Positions 49,922 through 60,986 are shown, counted from the whole stretch's first letter. The stretch: 62,830 nucleotides of DNA, filler included, from Stramenopiles sp. TOSAG23-2 (GCA_900128395.1; 34 parts of 34 records of this genome joined end to end with filler, not necessarily neighbours in it); one strand, 5' to 3'. Notes: generated by a model not told the origin, from the sequence alone. Numbers and translations are program-made.

Positions 49922-50468
49922 NNNNNNNNNNNNNNNNNNNNNNNNNNNNNNNNNNNNNNNNNNNNTTAATTAATTAANNNNNNNNNNNNNNNNNNNNNNN
50001 NNNNNNNNNNNNNNNNNNNNNTTCGGATCATATTGCGATGGTACTTTCAAATATGTAAAAGTATTTGAGAGTCATTAAAAAAAGGTATATATATTTTATA
50101 TATTGAATATTGATACTGCTGGGTTTTTTAATACGAAATCCTTTTCCCGTACAAAATATGAAGTCGTATAAAAGAGAGTAGTAATAATGCGGCAGCAATA
50201 TATTTAACAAAAAACTTTTTTTATTGTCAGTCTAAGTCATAATTTTTTATAATAAATATAAAAAATATTTTTTTTTATTTTTTTATTTTTTATATGATAA
50301 TAAAGCTCTTTTTAAATATTAAAAAATGATTTATTGTTTATTTTACGCTCGTATGTTTTTTATAAAAAAATATACGTATAAAAATTTTTCCTCCTGGCGC
50401 CACTTTATTCCGAATAATAATATATAATATATTAATTATATTAATTACGTACTTCGAACAATGAAATA

Positions 50469-50484
50469 TTAATGCTCTCTTTGG

Positions 50485-50516
<32 letters not shown>

Positions 50517-50636
50517 CCGTAATGTTAAGAACACCCATGAATCTCCAGATTTAATCCTACCGTGCATTTGCCTTCCTTCTACATAAATAACGGTGGTAAA
50601 ACATAGAAATGCAATGAAAAATATATAACTTTTCAT
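50469..50636 (-). pseudogene. 5' fragment of TMEM145/GPR180-like gene ending in a (GA)12 microsatellite
   Basis: MKSYIFFIAFLCFTTVIYVEG-RQMHGRIKSGDSWVFLT: signal peptide plus G.I.S...WVFLT motif. Similarity stops at about 50523 with no GT donor. Confidence 0.45.
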
Positions 50637-51543
50637 GATTGTTTAATGTTTTGTTGTATAATAATTTATTGTATATGTTTTGTTATGTGATATAGTATAT
50701 ATGTGTGTGTGCGTGTGATGTTTGTGGTTGGGAAAGTATCTGTTAATTTGTAATTGTTTCTCTTTGTTCTCTTCCATATCTATCGCGATGAATTTATATT
50801 AATAAATATATATCTTAGTTGAAAATAAATAAATAACGTGTTTATATTTAGCATGTAAATATAACCACCTTTTTTGTCGAAATCACACCGTTGGCATCAA
50901 AATCCTTGTGCATTCCAGCATGCATTCCAAAATGTGTCCGAATATAAAATGTGTGATCATTTTGTTCTACAAGTAACCATGCTGGTAGTCTACAAACATA
51001 CCCTGTGCTATATATTATATATTTTTGATTTTTTCAACATTCATTTTTCCTCTCTGATTTTTCGAAAGTTTTCATATTCTTTTTCACTTCTAATTTAAGG
51101 TATATATAATATGTATATGTATATAACGAGAAGGGAATCGAGTTGGATCGTCTGATTAATATGCTGGTATGCCTTTTGGTATTCTAATTTCACTTTCAAG
51201 TATAGCCAGATGCCTTACATTTTTTTATTAGATATTTGATATTTAGCACATAATAGCACTATACTATAAGTATTAAGTTTCATAGACTATTTATCGCTCC
51301 ACAATTTTACATTATGGTTGCTTATCATCACAACCACACCACAAAAAAATGCAAATTAAAATTATTATTCACACAAATTCAACATAGAATAATTAGAGTT
51401 TTTTTTAATACTGTACTGTATTAATTGAATTAATACAAGTACAAATTCAACATAGAAAATAATAGAAAAAAAATATATAAAAAATTCAAAGCTACAGTTC
51501 TAATTGTAGAATATTGTATATAGACAGAAAGAATAACAAACGA

Positions 51544-51688
51544 AAGAGTATCAATAATTTATTTTAAACACAAACAATTATAATATATAAAAATAACAAC
51601 CAAAAAAAAACAAACGGGAGAGTATATCAATAAATTATATTTAAAAACGAACAATTATAATATATAAAAATAACAACCAAAAAAAACA
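51544..51688. repeat. Imperfect direct repeat of about 75 bp, x2
   Basis: GAGAGTAT..CAATAA...AACAATTATAATATATAAAAATAACAACCAAAAAAA occurs twice. Confidence 0.8.
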
Positions 51689-52270
51689 ATTTATATATAA
51701 AGAAAAAAGGGGAAGATGAAAAATTATCATACTATCTTCAAATCATCAATATTCATAATAATAATANNNNNNNNNNNNNNNNNNNNNNNNNNNNNNNNNN
51801 NNNNNNNNNNTTAATTAATTAANNNNNNNNNNNNNNNNNNNNNNNNNNNNNNNNNNNNNNNNNNNNGGTTGCATCACAAGGCTATGGAAGCTGGAAGGAT
51901 CCCATTCAGACTTTTTTTTTCTTGTACCTGTGTAAGCGGTAAGCCAGTAAGCTGGTAAGGTAAGCCAGTATTATAAGCTGGTAAGTTATTATTAGTAATA
52001 TAGCCATAGCTGGATAGCCTATAGCTCAAGTCCACACAGTCCACAGTAGAGCACACATATGATGATGCGAGGAGATGATGAGTTTAATAATTAATAATAA
52101 CACATGCACCTCACACCTATACCTGGTATAGTATTTATGTCTTTTTAATCATAATATTATTCAATAGTTATTGCAAATAAAATAGTTATTGCAAATAAAA
52201 AAGGATTAATATTATCTACAAAATATTCTATACTTTTGCTCATAAGATGTACTAGTTGGATATTCATTCC

Positions 52271-53191
52271 ATGTTGGCCCCTACAGTTAAGGTTAGTCCT
52301 TCATATCTCAATAATGTTGAAAATCCAGAAGATGAAGATGAAATATTATTGGCCAATGAGCAAATAGCCCTAGATAATAAAACAGACGACTGTAATATCA
52401 TATCATTATATAATCTATTTGCAACATATTTAGGTGGCGAAACTGGATTCTACATTATTCTAAATATATTGGAAATGTTAGATATAAAATCACTGGTATA
52501 TTTAACGTATACGTCATTTATTCAACAATTTTGTAAAAGTCGAGAGGATATGACATTGAATCAAATTGTTAGGCAGAAAATACAAAGTTGTTTTGAAATA
52601 CAAAGTTGTTTTGAGGATGAAGGTACTCTTGGTTTTGAACTTGAAGAAGAACCTGGTGGACTATTTGTGAAGAAAGTTCTTCAAAACCACGGGACAAATT
52701 GGCTGCATCCTGAAATTAAAACCTCGCTTCGTTTAATAAAAATCAATGAAACAGATGTTTCACTGGCTTCGCTTGACGATGTTGTAAGAATAGTGAATTC
52801 TGTTGGAAAGCCAGTCACACTCACGTGGTGTCGGAAGGGGCGTGCTGTCAGAGAAGCAAAGCGTGCCGCTGCCAGAGACCGTGCCGTTCTCAGAGCGGCA
52901 GCTCTCAGAGCTATCGAAGCAACCACAGCAGCCAGAGAAGCAAACGAGGAAATCCGTGCAATTAGCCGTAGTGGCATGCAAAACGCTTCCTTTAAAACGA
53001 ATTTCAAAGCCGGAATTGTTGTTTCGGTTATTGGTTTATTAGTATATGTTGTTGTTTCTGGGGGAAGAAACGTAGTTCTATGGTTCTTCCTGGGTTTTGC
53101 AGCTATAGGGGTAACCATGTCAGACCTTTGTTGCCCTACATTTACAGACGAGGCAAGGCGGGTTAGAGAAGCAAGGCGGGCAGGGGAATAG
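52271..53191 (+). CDS. PDZ-domain protein with F-box-like segment and two C-terminal TM helices
   Basis: GTLGFEL...LFVKKV...RLIKINETDV...VVRIV...KPVTLTW (PDZ). ILNILEMLDIKSL is F-box-like. Confidence 0.65.
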   Translation: MLAPTVKVSPSYLNNVENPEDEDEILLANEQIALDNKTDDCNIISLYNLFATYLGGETGFYIILNILEMLDIKSLVYLTYTSFIQQFCKSREDMTLNQIVRQKIQSCFEIQSCFEDEGTLGFELEEEPGGLFVKKVLQNHGTNWLHPEIKTSLRLIKINETDVSLASLDDVVRIVNSVGKPVTLTWCRKGRAVREAKRAAARDRAVLRAAALRAIEATTAAREANEEIRAISRSGMQNASFKTNFKAGIVVSVIGLLVYVVVSGGRNVVLWFFLGFAAIGVTMSDLCCPTFTDEARRVREARRAGE

Positions 53192-54172
53192 GTGTGATGT
53201 ACTTTTTAATTTGTACAATCAATCATTATATATTTTATACGGTTCGTAAATATTATTTTTTGGTTTTTGGAATAATTAATTAGAAGAAATATTATTATTT
53301 TTTTTTAATAAAATGGTTGCAAATGGGAAAGTAAGAAGGCGCTGATTTTATTATTGGGTAAAATATTATCATGTACTTATTATAGTATAAATATCTTAAT
53401 ATTCCTATATAATATCTTCCTCCCTGGTATGGCCCCTTCCTGTCCTGTAGGCTGTAGGGGGTGGTCGAATGGCCACTTATACTTAGTATATACTAATTAC
53501 TATTGATTACCGATATAACACGATGTAATGCTATGTGATGCTACTGGAAATAGTTAGACCCATTTTCCAATAGTGTATCGATATAATTTATTGATGTTTT
53601 TTAGCCCATGNNNNNNNNNNNNNNNNNNNNNNNNNNNNNNNNNNNNNNNNNNNNTTAATTAATTAANNNNNNNNNNNNNNNNNNNNNNNNNNNNNNNNNN
53701 NNNNNNNNNNATAATTTTAAAGTGATAAAATACTGGAATTTTGGGCATGAAATCATGATTCTCGGCAAGCCTAAAGGCAAGATTGGTTATCATTTATTTT
53801 AAATGTCACCCTCCTGTTGCTCTAGATCGATTTATTATGTGTGTGGGTTTGGGTGAGGAAGATACAATTAGTAAGAAGAAAATTGAAAACACGGATTTAT
53901 TATATAGTTTTATAAGAGGAGACGAATCATTGTAATAATTGAAACAAACAAGCAGAAGAAGAAAACAATTCTAATAACATTGATAGGATATATAATACTC
54001 CTTATTATATAACAAATTTATTATTTAATTAATTAGTAACAAAAATCGTCAAATTATTATCACATTTAACGGTTAACGTTACAAAAAAAAAAATAATTTA
54101 TAACCGTAATAAAATTATAGTTTTTTAATTTTTTATAACACGCGTTGTACAAGCAAAAAAACAAATAAAAAT

Positions 54173-54802
54173 ATGAATTGTTGTAAATCAAATAAAAATA
54201 AATATAATAATAATAAAATAGATATTGAAAAACAAGGAACATATAATGATAATAATTATGAACAAAATAATACGTCGAAAAAATTAATAGAAATTAATCA
54301 AAATATACGTTTACAATTTATACGTAAAGTATTTATTATATTAACTTTGCAATTAATATTAACATTTTCCATCATTATGTTATTTACCATTGTAGATGCG
54401 ATTTCATCGTTTTGTATAGCATATCCATTGTTAATGTGGATACCATTTACACTTGCAATGGTAATATATTGTTATATTGTTTGTAAACCAAAATTTGCAC
54501 GTACACATCCATATAATATTATATCATTATTTGTATTTTCATTGTTTTTATCAATTTTTTTAGGTATGTTATCTGCATTTTATACAACAATGACAATATT
54601 ATTTGTTATTTTATTTGTATTGGTAATATCATTTAGTTTAATATTATTTGCTATGCAAAGTAAAATTGATTTTACATCAAAATTTGCATATTTATATATT
54701 ATATTATGGTTAACCATTGTTTTTAGTTGTATTATTCCATTTGCGATGGATCGTTTAGGAAATTTAATTTTCAGTTTTATTTTTGGTATAATATTAACCT
54801 AG
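54173..54802 (+). CDS. Lifeguard/TMBIM (Bax inhibitor-1 family) protein, C-terminally cut
   Basis: IRLQFIRKVFIILTLQL, RTHPYN, FAMQSKIDFT. Stops in TM6 before the conserved Asp residues. Confidence 0.88.
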   Translation: MNCCKSNKNKYNNNKIDIEKQGTYNDNNYEQNNTSKKLIEINQNIRLQFIRKVFIILTLQLILTFSIIMLFTIVDAISSFCIAYPLLMWIPFTLAMVIYCYIVCKPKFARTHPYNIISLFVFSLFLSIFLGMLSAFYTTMTILFVILFVLVISFSLILFAMQSKIDFTSKFAYLYIILWLTIVFSCIIPFAMDRLGNLIFSFIFGIILT

Positions 54803-55064
54803 AATCACTTCCAGCAACTTCTCGTACAGTATGTGAATTTTCTTTTCTTATAGAAAATGGTGTACCATTGCAACTAAAATGGTAATTCGTTGGTAAATTT
54901 GAAAAGTCTTCACTTTCCAATAATATTTCTTTCCTTGCATCTGCTAATGTTGCATCTTCACATACATCAATAGCAACAATTGCTTCATTATTAATTACAA
55001 TTGTTACGGTAAATTGTGGTATAATTTTTTTATTGCCTCTGTTTTTTGATGTACCACCACCCAT
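54777..55064 (-). CDS. N-myristoylated protein with ubiquitin-like stretch, probably truncated
   Basis: MGGGTSK myristoylation motif and ATLADARKEI...LPTNYHF. Overlaps the TMBIM ORF tail to tail. Confidence 0.55.
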   Translation of the reverse strand: MGGGTSKNRGNKKIIPQFTVTIVINNEAIVAIDVCEDATLADARKEILLESEDFSNLPTNYHFSCNGTPFSIRKENSHTVREVAGSDSRLILYQK

Positions 55065-55913
55065 CGTTTCAAATTAATTGTATCTACACGCAAATGTTCT
55101 TTCAAATAATGTATGATATGATTTATTCCAATTGTGTACAAGATAGATATATATATATTATACATTGAAGCTCATACATTCTTACATTGGTGACATTTGC
55201 GTACATCAATTCATTCCATTTTAATATACACTAATACATGTGTAATGGTAGTAGTGCCAAAAATGTGTGCAAGTTGCAAGTTTGGATTGGATTGTATGTA
55301 GATAGGACGAGTTTGTACTGGAAGACATTTACACTAGGAAAGTCCAACGGGAAAAAATCCAACATTCCTCTCATTATATACCTGTGCCGAATGCAGTGCT
55401 ACCATCTAAACCGTGGCAAAAATGACAAACCGTGCAAAACTGTACACTTAACACNNNNNNNNNNNNNNNNNNNNNNNNNNNNNNNNNNNNNNNNNNNNTT
55501 AATTAATTAANNNNNNNNNNNNNNNNNNNNNNNNNNNNNNNNNNNNNNNNNNNNTAAAATTAACTGAACTCGGAACTCAAAACTCAAAACTCAACAGCTC
55601 AAGACGTGTTTTTAGCACGCGTACAAGTGCGGTGGTAAATCAAAAAATTAATATTATATTTCATTTTACTCATCTTTTCTTCTCTGCATATACATACAGT
55701 ATGTATTTTTCCAAAATCAAAAACTATGATATATTATATATCACATACTTTTATGTGACCAAAATGATTTTTTATCATATATTTAATGATACGTCGTGTC
55801 GATGTGTGGGATAAATTTGTATATAATTAACTATATGCTGTACTAATCCAAGTTCTAATAATGAGTTCTCAACAACATGCATCATATCATAATTCATAAA
55901 AATGAATAAAAAT

Positions 55914-57298
55914 TCAAAATAATATTTTATTCATCTCTTCTTCTGCATATTGTATTGGTGTAATAATTGTATTCCAATCAATACCAAAATGATGAAAATT
56001 ATTACGTGCTAAATTTGTATTGACTAATCCAGGTTCTAATAAATTCAACATAACACCTTTTTGTTCCATACTTGTTTTCATTTTCAATGCCCATTGATGC
56101 AAATTAGCCATCGCATATATATAACCTGTTTCCCCATCACTTGCTCCTTTACCTTCTTTCATTTCAATCTCTTCTTTAAAATTTGGTTTACCTGCTTGTG
56201 ATCCAATCAATATAATATGTGGTGGTCGTTTAGACGTCGTTTCATCACCTTTTTGTGATAATAATGGTTGATAATTATCTGGTAGCATTAATGGTATTAA
56301 TGCTTCACATACATGTTTCTTTGTATTAAAATTTGCATTTTCTAAATATTCATTTGGATTTTCATTCTTTGGTACATCTTTATCCCATAAGAAATTTCCA
56401 GCACTGTTGACTAATATACTAATTGTACCACGCTTTTTACCAAATGTTGAACGTATATAATCACGTAACATGTAACATTCTGCTTTTTCCATACAATCAC
56501 ATTGAAATGTATAAATGCTATTATTATTATTATTATTATTACTATTATTATCGGTAGATGATGCCATTAATTTTCTTTTTGCATCATTTAATCGTTCGAC
56601 ATTTCTACCAACTAAAAGAATTGTGTATGATGCTACAACATCATTGTTTTTATTATAAAAAAACGATGCAAATCCATAACCTATACCATTTGATCCACCA
56701 ACAATTACAACTAATTTGGAATTTGAAAGTATAGACGGTTCTTTTGTATGTTTCTTTTTCTTTTTTTTCTTCTTCTTGTTTTTCTTTTCTATATCTTCTA
56801 TCATGACATGATTGCTACTACTGCTACTATGAACACCATCATCATCACTAATAAACTCATTTTTAATTTTCAAATCTTTTCGACTTGGTATTCCATTTTT
56901 AAATGTTGTAATCCAATTATCAGAATTATAACGTGATAATAAAATGTCATAACAATGATTCACTGTTAAAATATGTGTACCACTATTGATGGTACAATAC
57001 TGCTGCAATGGAAATCGTGCAGTTTCTATCTTTTGTTCCAATGCTTTTTCATATGTAATATTTTTATAACGATTTCTATCGACTATACCACCTAAAATAT
57101 AAATTTTATCATTATCAATAGTTTCTAATATATTTGGTGAATCTGCACTTAAATATATTAATTTCTTTTTATCAAATAATTCTTCATAACCTTTACATTC
57201 ATGATCAACGTTACACCCTAGCCAATTAGTTGGAAATCCGGATATTTTCTTCAAACATTCTTCTGTTTTCCCATTCAACTTAGATAGAAACATATTGA
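55914..57298 (-). CDS. TRMT10: TRMT10 (tRNA m1R9 SPOUT methyltransferase) fused to a C-terminal atypical SDR; 5'-truncated
   Basis: TRMT10: LIYLSADS, IYILGGIVDRNRYK, TARFPL, ILTVNH, W...IPSRK. SDR: VVIVGGSNGIG, LVGRN, ILVNSAG, ILIGS, EPGLVNT. One uninterrupted frame. Confidence 0.88.
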
Positions 57299-57462
57299 NN
57301 NNNNNNNNNNNNNNNNNNNNNNNNNNNNNNNNNNNNNNNNNNTTAATTAATTAANNNNNNNNNNNNNNNNNNNNNNNNNNNNNNNNNNNNNNNNNNNNTT
57401 TCGTCGTTATCTTTCGTGTTACTTGATCCATGGTGATGATGGATGGATGGATGAAATTATTA

Positions 57463-57517
57463 TCTGTTGTCTGTTGTCTGTTGTCTGTTGTCTGTTGTCT
57501 GTTGTCTGTTGTCTGTT
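57463..57517. repeat. (TGTTGTC)n heptamer microsatellite
   Basis: About 7 tandem copies. Confidence 0.95.
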
Positions 57518-58378
57518 CTTATATATGTGGCTATTATAGATTGTATCTATCTCTAGATCTATCTTATACATCTTATTACATCAATTATATAAATAAATAT
57601 AAATATAATATGCAAATATAACTGCCAAATTTTATCCCACTTCCTTCCCCCTTCGAAACGTTTTCGATTTGTCATGGGGAGCTACCACTGGTGGTAGCCC
57701 GGCTAGTATACGAAATTTCCTTTCAAGTATAAATTATGCCGTATGCCGTGGTCACGGGAAGATCAATTTTTTGTGTTGTTATGATGTTATGAATTATCCA
57801 ATATCTACCTATATTAATGAATAAAAATTGGTATACTAAAATCTATACTTAATAGAATGAAACACACGAAGATATATTTTTAGCACACATATTAAAAAAG
57901 TTGTTTTTTTTTGGGTTCCGTTCTTTCTATTTTATATATACAGTTCAAAAATATACGAAATAATCCAAATATTTTATCATTCCAAATACTATATTAATTA
58001 TATATTAAATGGGTGTAATAATTGATATAAATATTGATACAATATATCCTATTATAAATTATAAAAACAGCAGTATGTTAAGATCTTTCTTATAAAGTTT
58101 ACCAGTTAAACACACACATTTATACACCAGATATATACATATAGACATTGTGAGTGCGTAGTGTCATTGAAAGAGAGACACATTGAATCAATTATAGAAA
58201 TTTATAATATCGAAGTTAATTGCATATTTATTTATATCTTTACATTAATTCGTAGTTTGTATTTAGTTACACTTTATTTTAACATTTATATTCAATTAGT
58301 GAATTATACACACATATATAGTTACAAAGGCATATATATTAAAATATAATAAGGATTATTCGACATTAAAAAAAAAAT

Positions 58379-59029
58379 ATGTCAACTACATCAAAAAGGC
58401 GTTTATATGGACGTAGACAACAACAAAATAATAACAACAACAACAATAGTAACGAACAACAAGATACAGCAGATGATTATTTATTATTTAATAATCCACC
58501 AACAATGCAACAACAACAACAAGATGGACAACCAAAAAAACGATTATATGGAAGAAGAAATACAGATGATGTTGTATTAAGACCTAATACGGCATCAACT
58601 AATACGAAAAAATCAACACGTAATGTTGGTTTACGAACACCAAATGAAAATTTACAAGTAAAAGAATGGCAATTACCACCACAAACAGAAGCAGAGAAAA
58701 TATGGGATGAAGATGCATTTGATCAATATGAAATGGAAAAAAAACGCTCGCTTGCTGCGGAAAAAATTCAAGCAAGACAACGTTCCATTGCAGCACGTCA
58801 AGATTTTTTAGAAAAGGTTGGTACATTGTTAAATGGTTTTAGACCAGGACAAGCATTAGCACCTCGACCACCACCACAACGCGTACCACCACCACCACTT
58901 AAAAATCGAGTATCCTTTGCAGATGATTTTAAAGGTGGTAGTAATAATGTGAAGGCATCACCATTAAAAGCAACACGTATTTTAACTAGCAGGCAAGTGC
59001 ATAATTATTCCAAGTATCATAATCATTAA
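58379..59029 (+). CDS. Hypothetical disordered protein, 216 aa
   Basis: Complete ATG-TAA frame with poly-N/Q tracts, a twice-repeated RLYGRR and a Pro-rich tail. Confidence 0.7.
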   Translation: MSTTSKRRLYGRRQQQNNNNNNNSNEQQDTADDYLLFNNPPTMQQQQQDGQPKKRLYGRRNTDDVVLRPNTASTNTKKSTRNVGLRTPNENLQVKEWQLPPQTEAEKIWDEDAFDQYEMEKKRSLAAEKIQARQRSIAARQDFLEKVGTLLNGFRPGQALAPRPPPQRVPPPPLKNRVSFADDFKGGSNNVKASPLKATRILTSRQVHNYSKYHNH

Positions 59030-59245
59030 AAAAGATAGAGAGAGAGGGAAGTGTGTGCATGATCCAGCAGAGGTATTATATAAAAATTATGATGGTTAAA
59101 ATCTAAGTTATAATATTTTTACACTTCTCGTGTTAAGTAATANNNNNNNNNNNNNNNNNNNNNNNNNNNNNNNNNNNNNNNNNNNNTTAATTAATTAANN
59201 NNNNNNNNNNNNNNNNNNNNNNNNNNNNNNNNNNNNNNNNNNTTT

Positions 59246-59446
59246 TCAAGCAGAAGACGGCATACGATATCTTGTTGTATAATTAGCAGGTGAGTTCAAA
59301 AGTGGTTTTTGTTGAAAGTTTACATTAAAATTATCTTCATCTAAAAACAAAGGTTGCCCAGCACTGGATACAGAGGATGAGAAGGATGAATTCTTTTCAA
59401 TTAAATCATCAATGTCATCTGCACGACAACAAAACGTTTGCCCCAT
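59246..59446 (-). CDS. Short protein or first exon with N-myristoylation/palmitoylation motif
   Basis: MGQTFCCRADD... with a stop 3 nt from the contig edge. Confidence 0.4.
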   Translation of the reverse strand: MGQTFCCRADDIDDLIEKNSSFSSSVSSAGQPLFLDEDNFNVNFQQKPLLNSPANYTTRYRMPSSA

Positions 59447-60075
59447 CTTATGTGTTATAGTTGGTTTTCTTTTGATTGTCACAAAAAAGCCTACAATGGT
59501 TGCAATATGACGACTAGATAGATATATGATACACGTGACAAATAGTATAATTTCACCCAGTTTTTGTGTTGAATTTGTGGCTGAAATCCTGGAAATGCAA
59601 ATGTGCAAATTATAAAGCTACCAGGTAAATACCACCAGTGTTACTTACCACTTGGTACTGTATATTCATACTTCATACACAAAAATTTCTGAAATCGTTC
59701 ATACTTTTTAAAAAATATATATTAAGTATATATAATTGTATACTAAGATTCCAATTTGATTTGATTGAACTATTAGTATACAAATATATATACTTAAGTT
59801 AATATAAAATAGTTATGAGACGAAGAAAATAGAAGGTCAGTCAGGGTTTATTCCCTTAAACGTGAAATTATATAAAACTCTTAACTTCACACATCATACA
59901 GGTTAAGGTAAAATCATGCAAAATTCAAAAATACTAATAAATACTAGGATTAGACTCTTTCTTTCGAAAGAGTCTGACGACGCAGACTAAGAGAGGATCC
60001 TCTCTAATAAATACGTATGATAGTAAAAATAATTATAAACTTTAAAAAAATAAGATATATATATATATAGTTTTT

Positions 60076-60986
60076 TTACAAATTACTCTTCTTTAGCTGG
60101 CTTTGGCGACCTACATAATATGTTGGATCACCAAGTTTTGCAATTTTTGTAGATATATTTCCTGCTTTACTTAATTTTCCTAATGGATATGCGGCCCCTA
60201 ATGGCAAAGAACGGATGCCTTTGTCTAATGCCACGGCATCGTCACCTACTAAAATAGCCCATTGATCATTTTCAACACCATTCAAAATAATTTTTGCTGC
60301 ATCAGGTGCTGGTAAACCAATTCTTACATTATCTGGATTGTTTTGCCCTGTTTTACCTTTCCATCGATTTACTAATTGTTCTGTTGGTGGCCGTCCTTTT
60401 TGCACAGTATAGCCTTGTACAGCAGACAGACGATCTATATTTGTAGAAACAAAACCAGGCATGACACAATGAACATTTAAATGAGGTGCATTATCTTGGA
60501 AATCTTTAATCAATCCTTCGGAAAAGCCTTTCACAGCAAACTTAGCAACAGAATATGCAGTTCCAGCAGATGCATGGAATCCACATACCGATGCGGTATT
60601 TATAAGTGCACCTTTATCGCTATTAGCAAGTAAATCAATAAAGGCCCTTGTAATGTTAATTACCCCATGTAAATCAACATCCAATATAAAATCAAATAAT
60701 GCATCATCTTTCTTTTTAAAAATATTTGGAAATCCACCCAGACCTGCATTGTTAAAGACTAAATTCACATGTGTCGTATTAAACGCCTTTGACACATCTT
60801 CAGCAAAATTTTTACAAGTGTCTGGAAATCTTACATCGCATTTCGTACCAAAAAACTTGGCATTCTCATCAGAACTTACATTACTTAAAATGGCAATAGT
60901 TTCTTCTATTGATTCTTGATTCAAATCACAAAATGCTACGCTAACTCCTTTTTTTGCTAATGCAATACATAATTCTCGTCCCATAA
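60076..60986 (-). CDS. Classical short-chain dehydrogenase/reductase, 5'-truncated, PTS1-like end (KKSNL)
   Basis: MGRELC, CDV, VFNNAG, INTAS, YSVAKFAVKGFSE, VMPGFVST. Confidence 0.93.
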
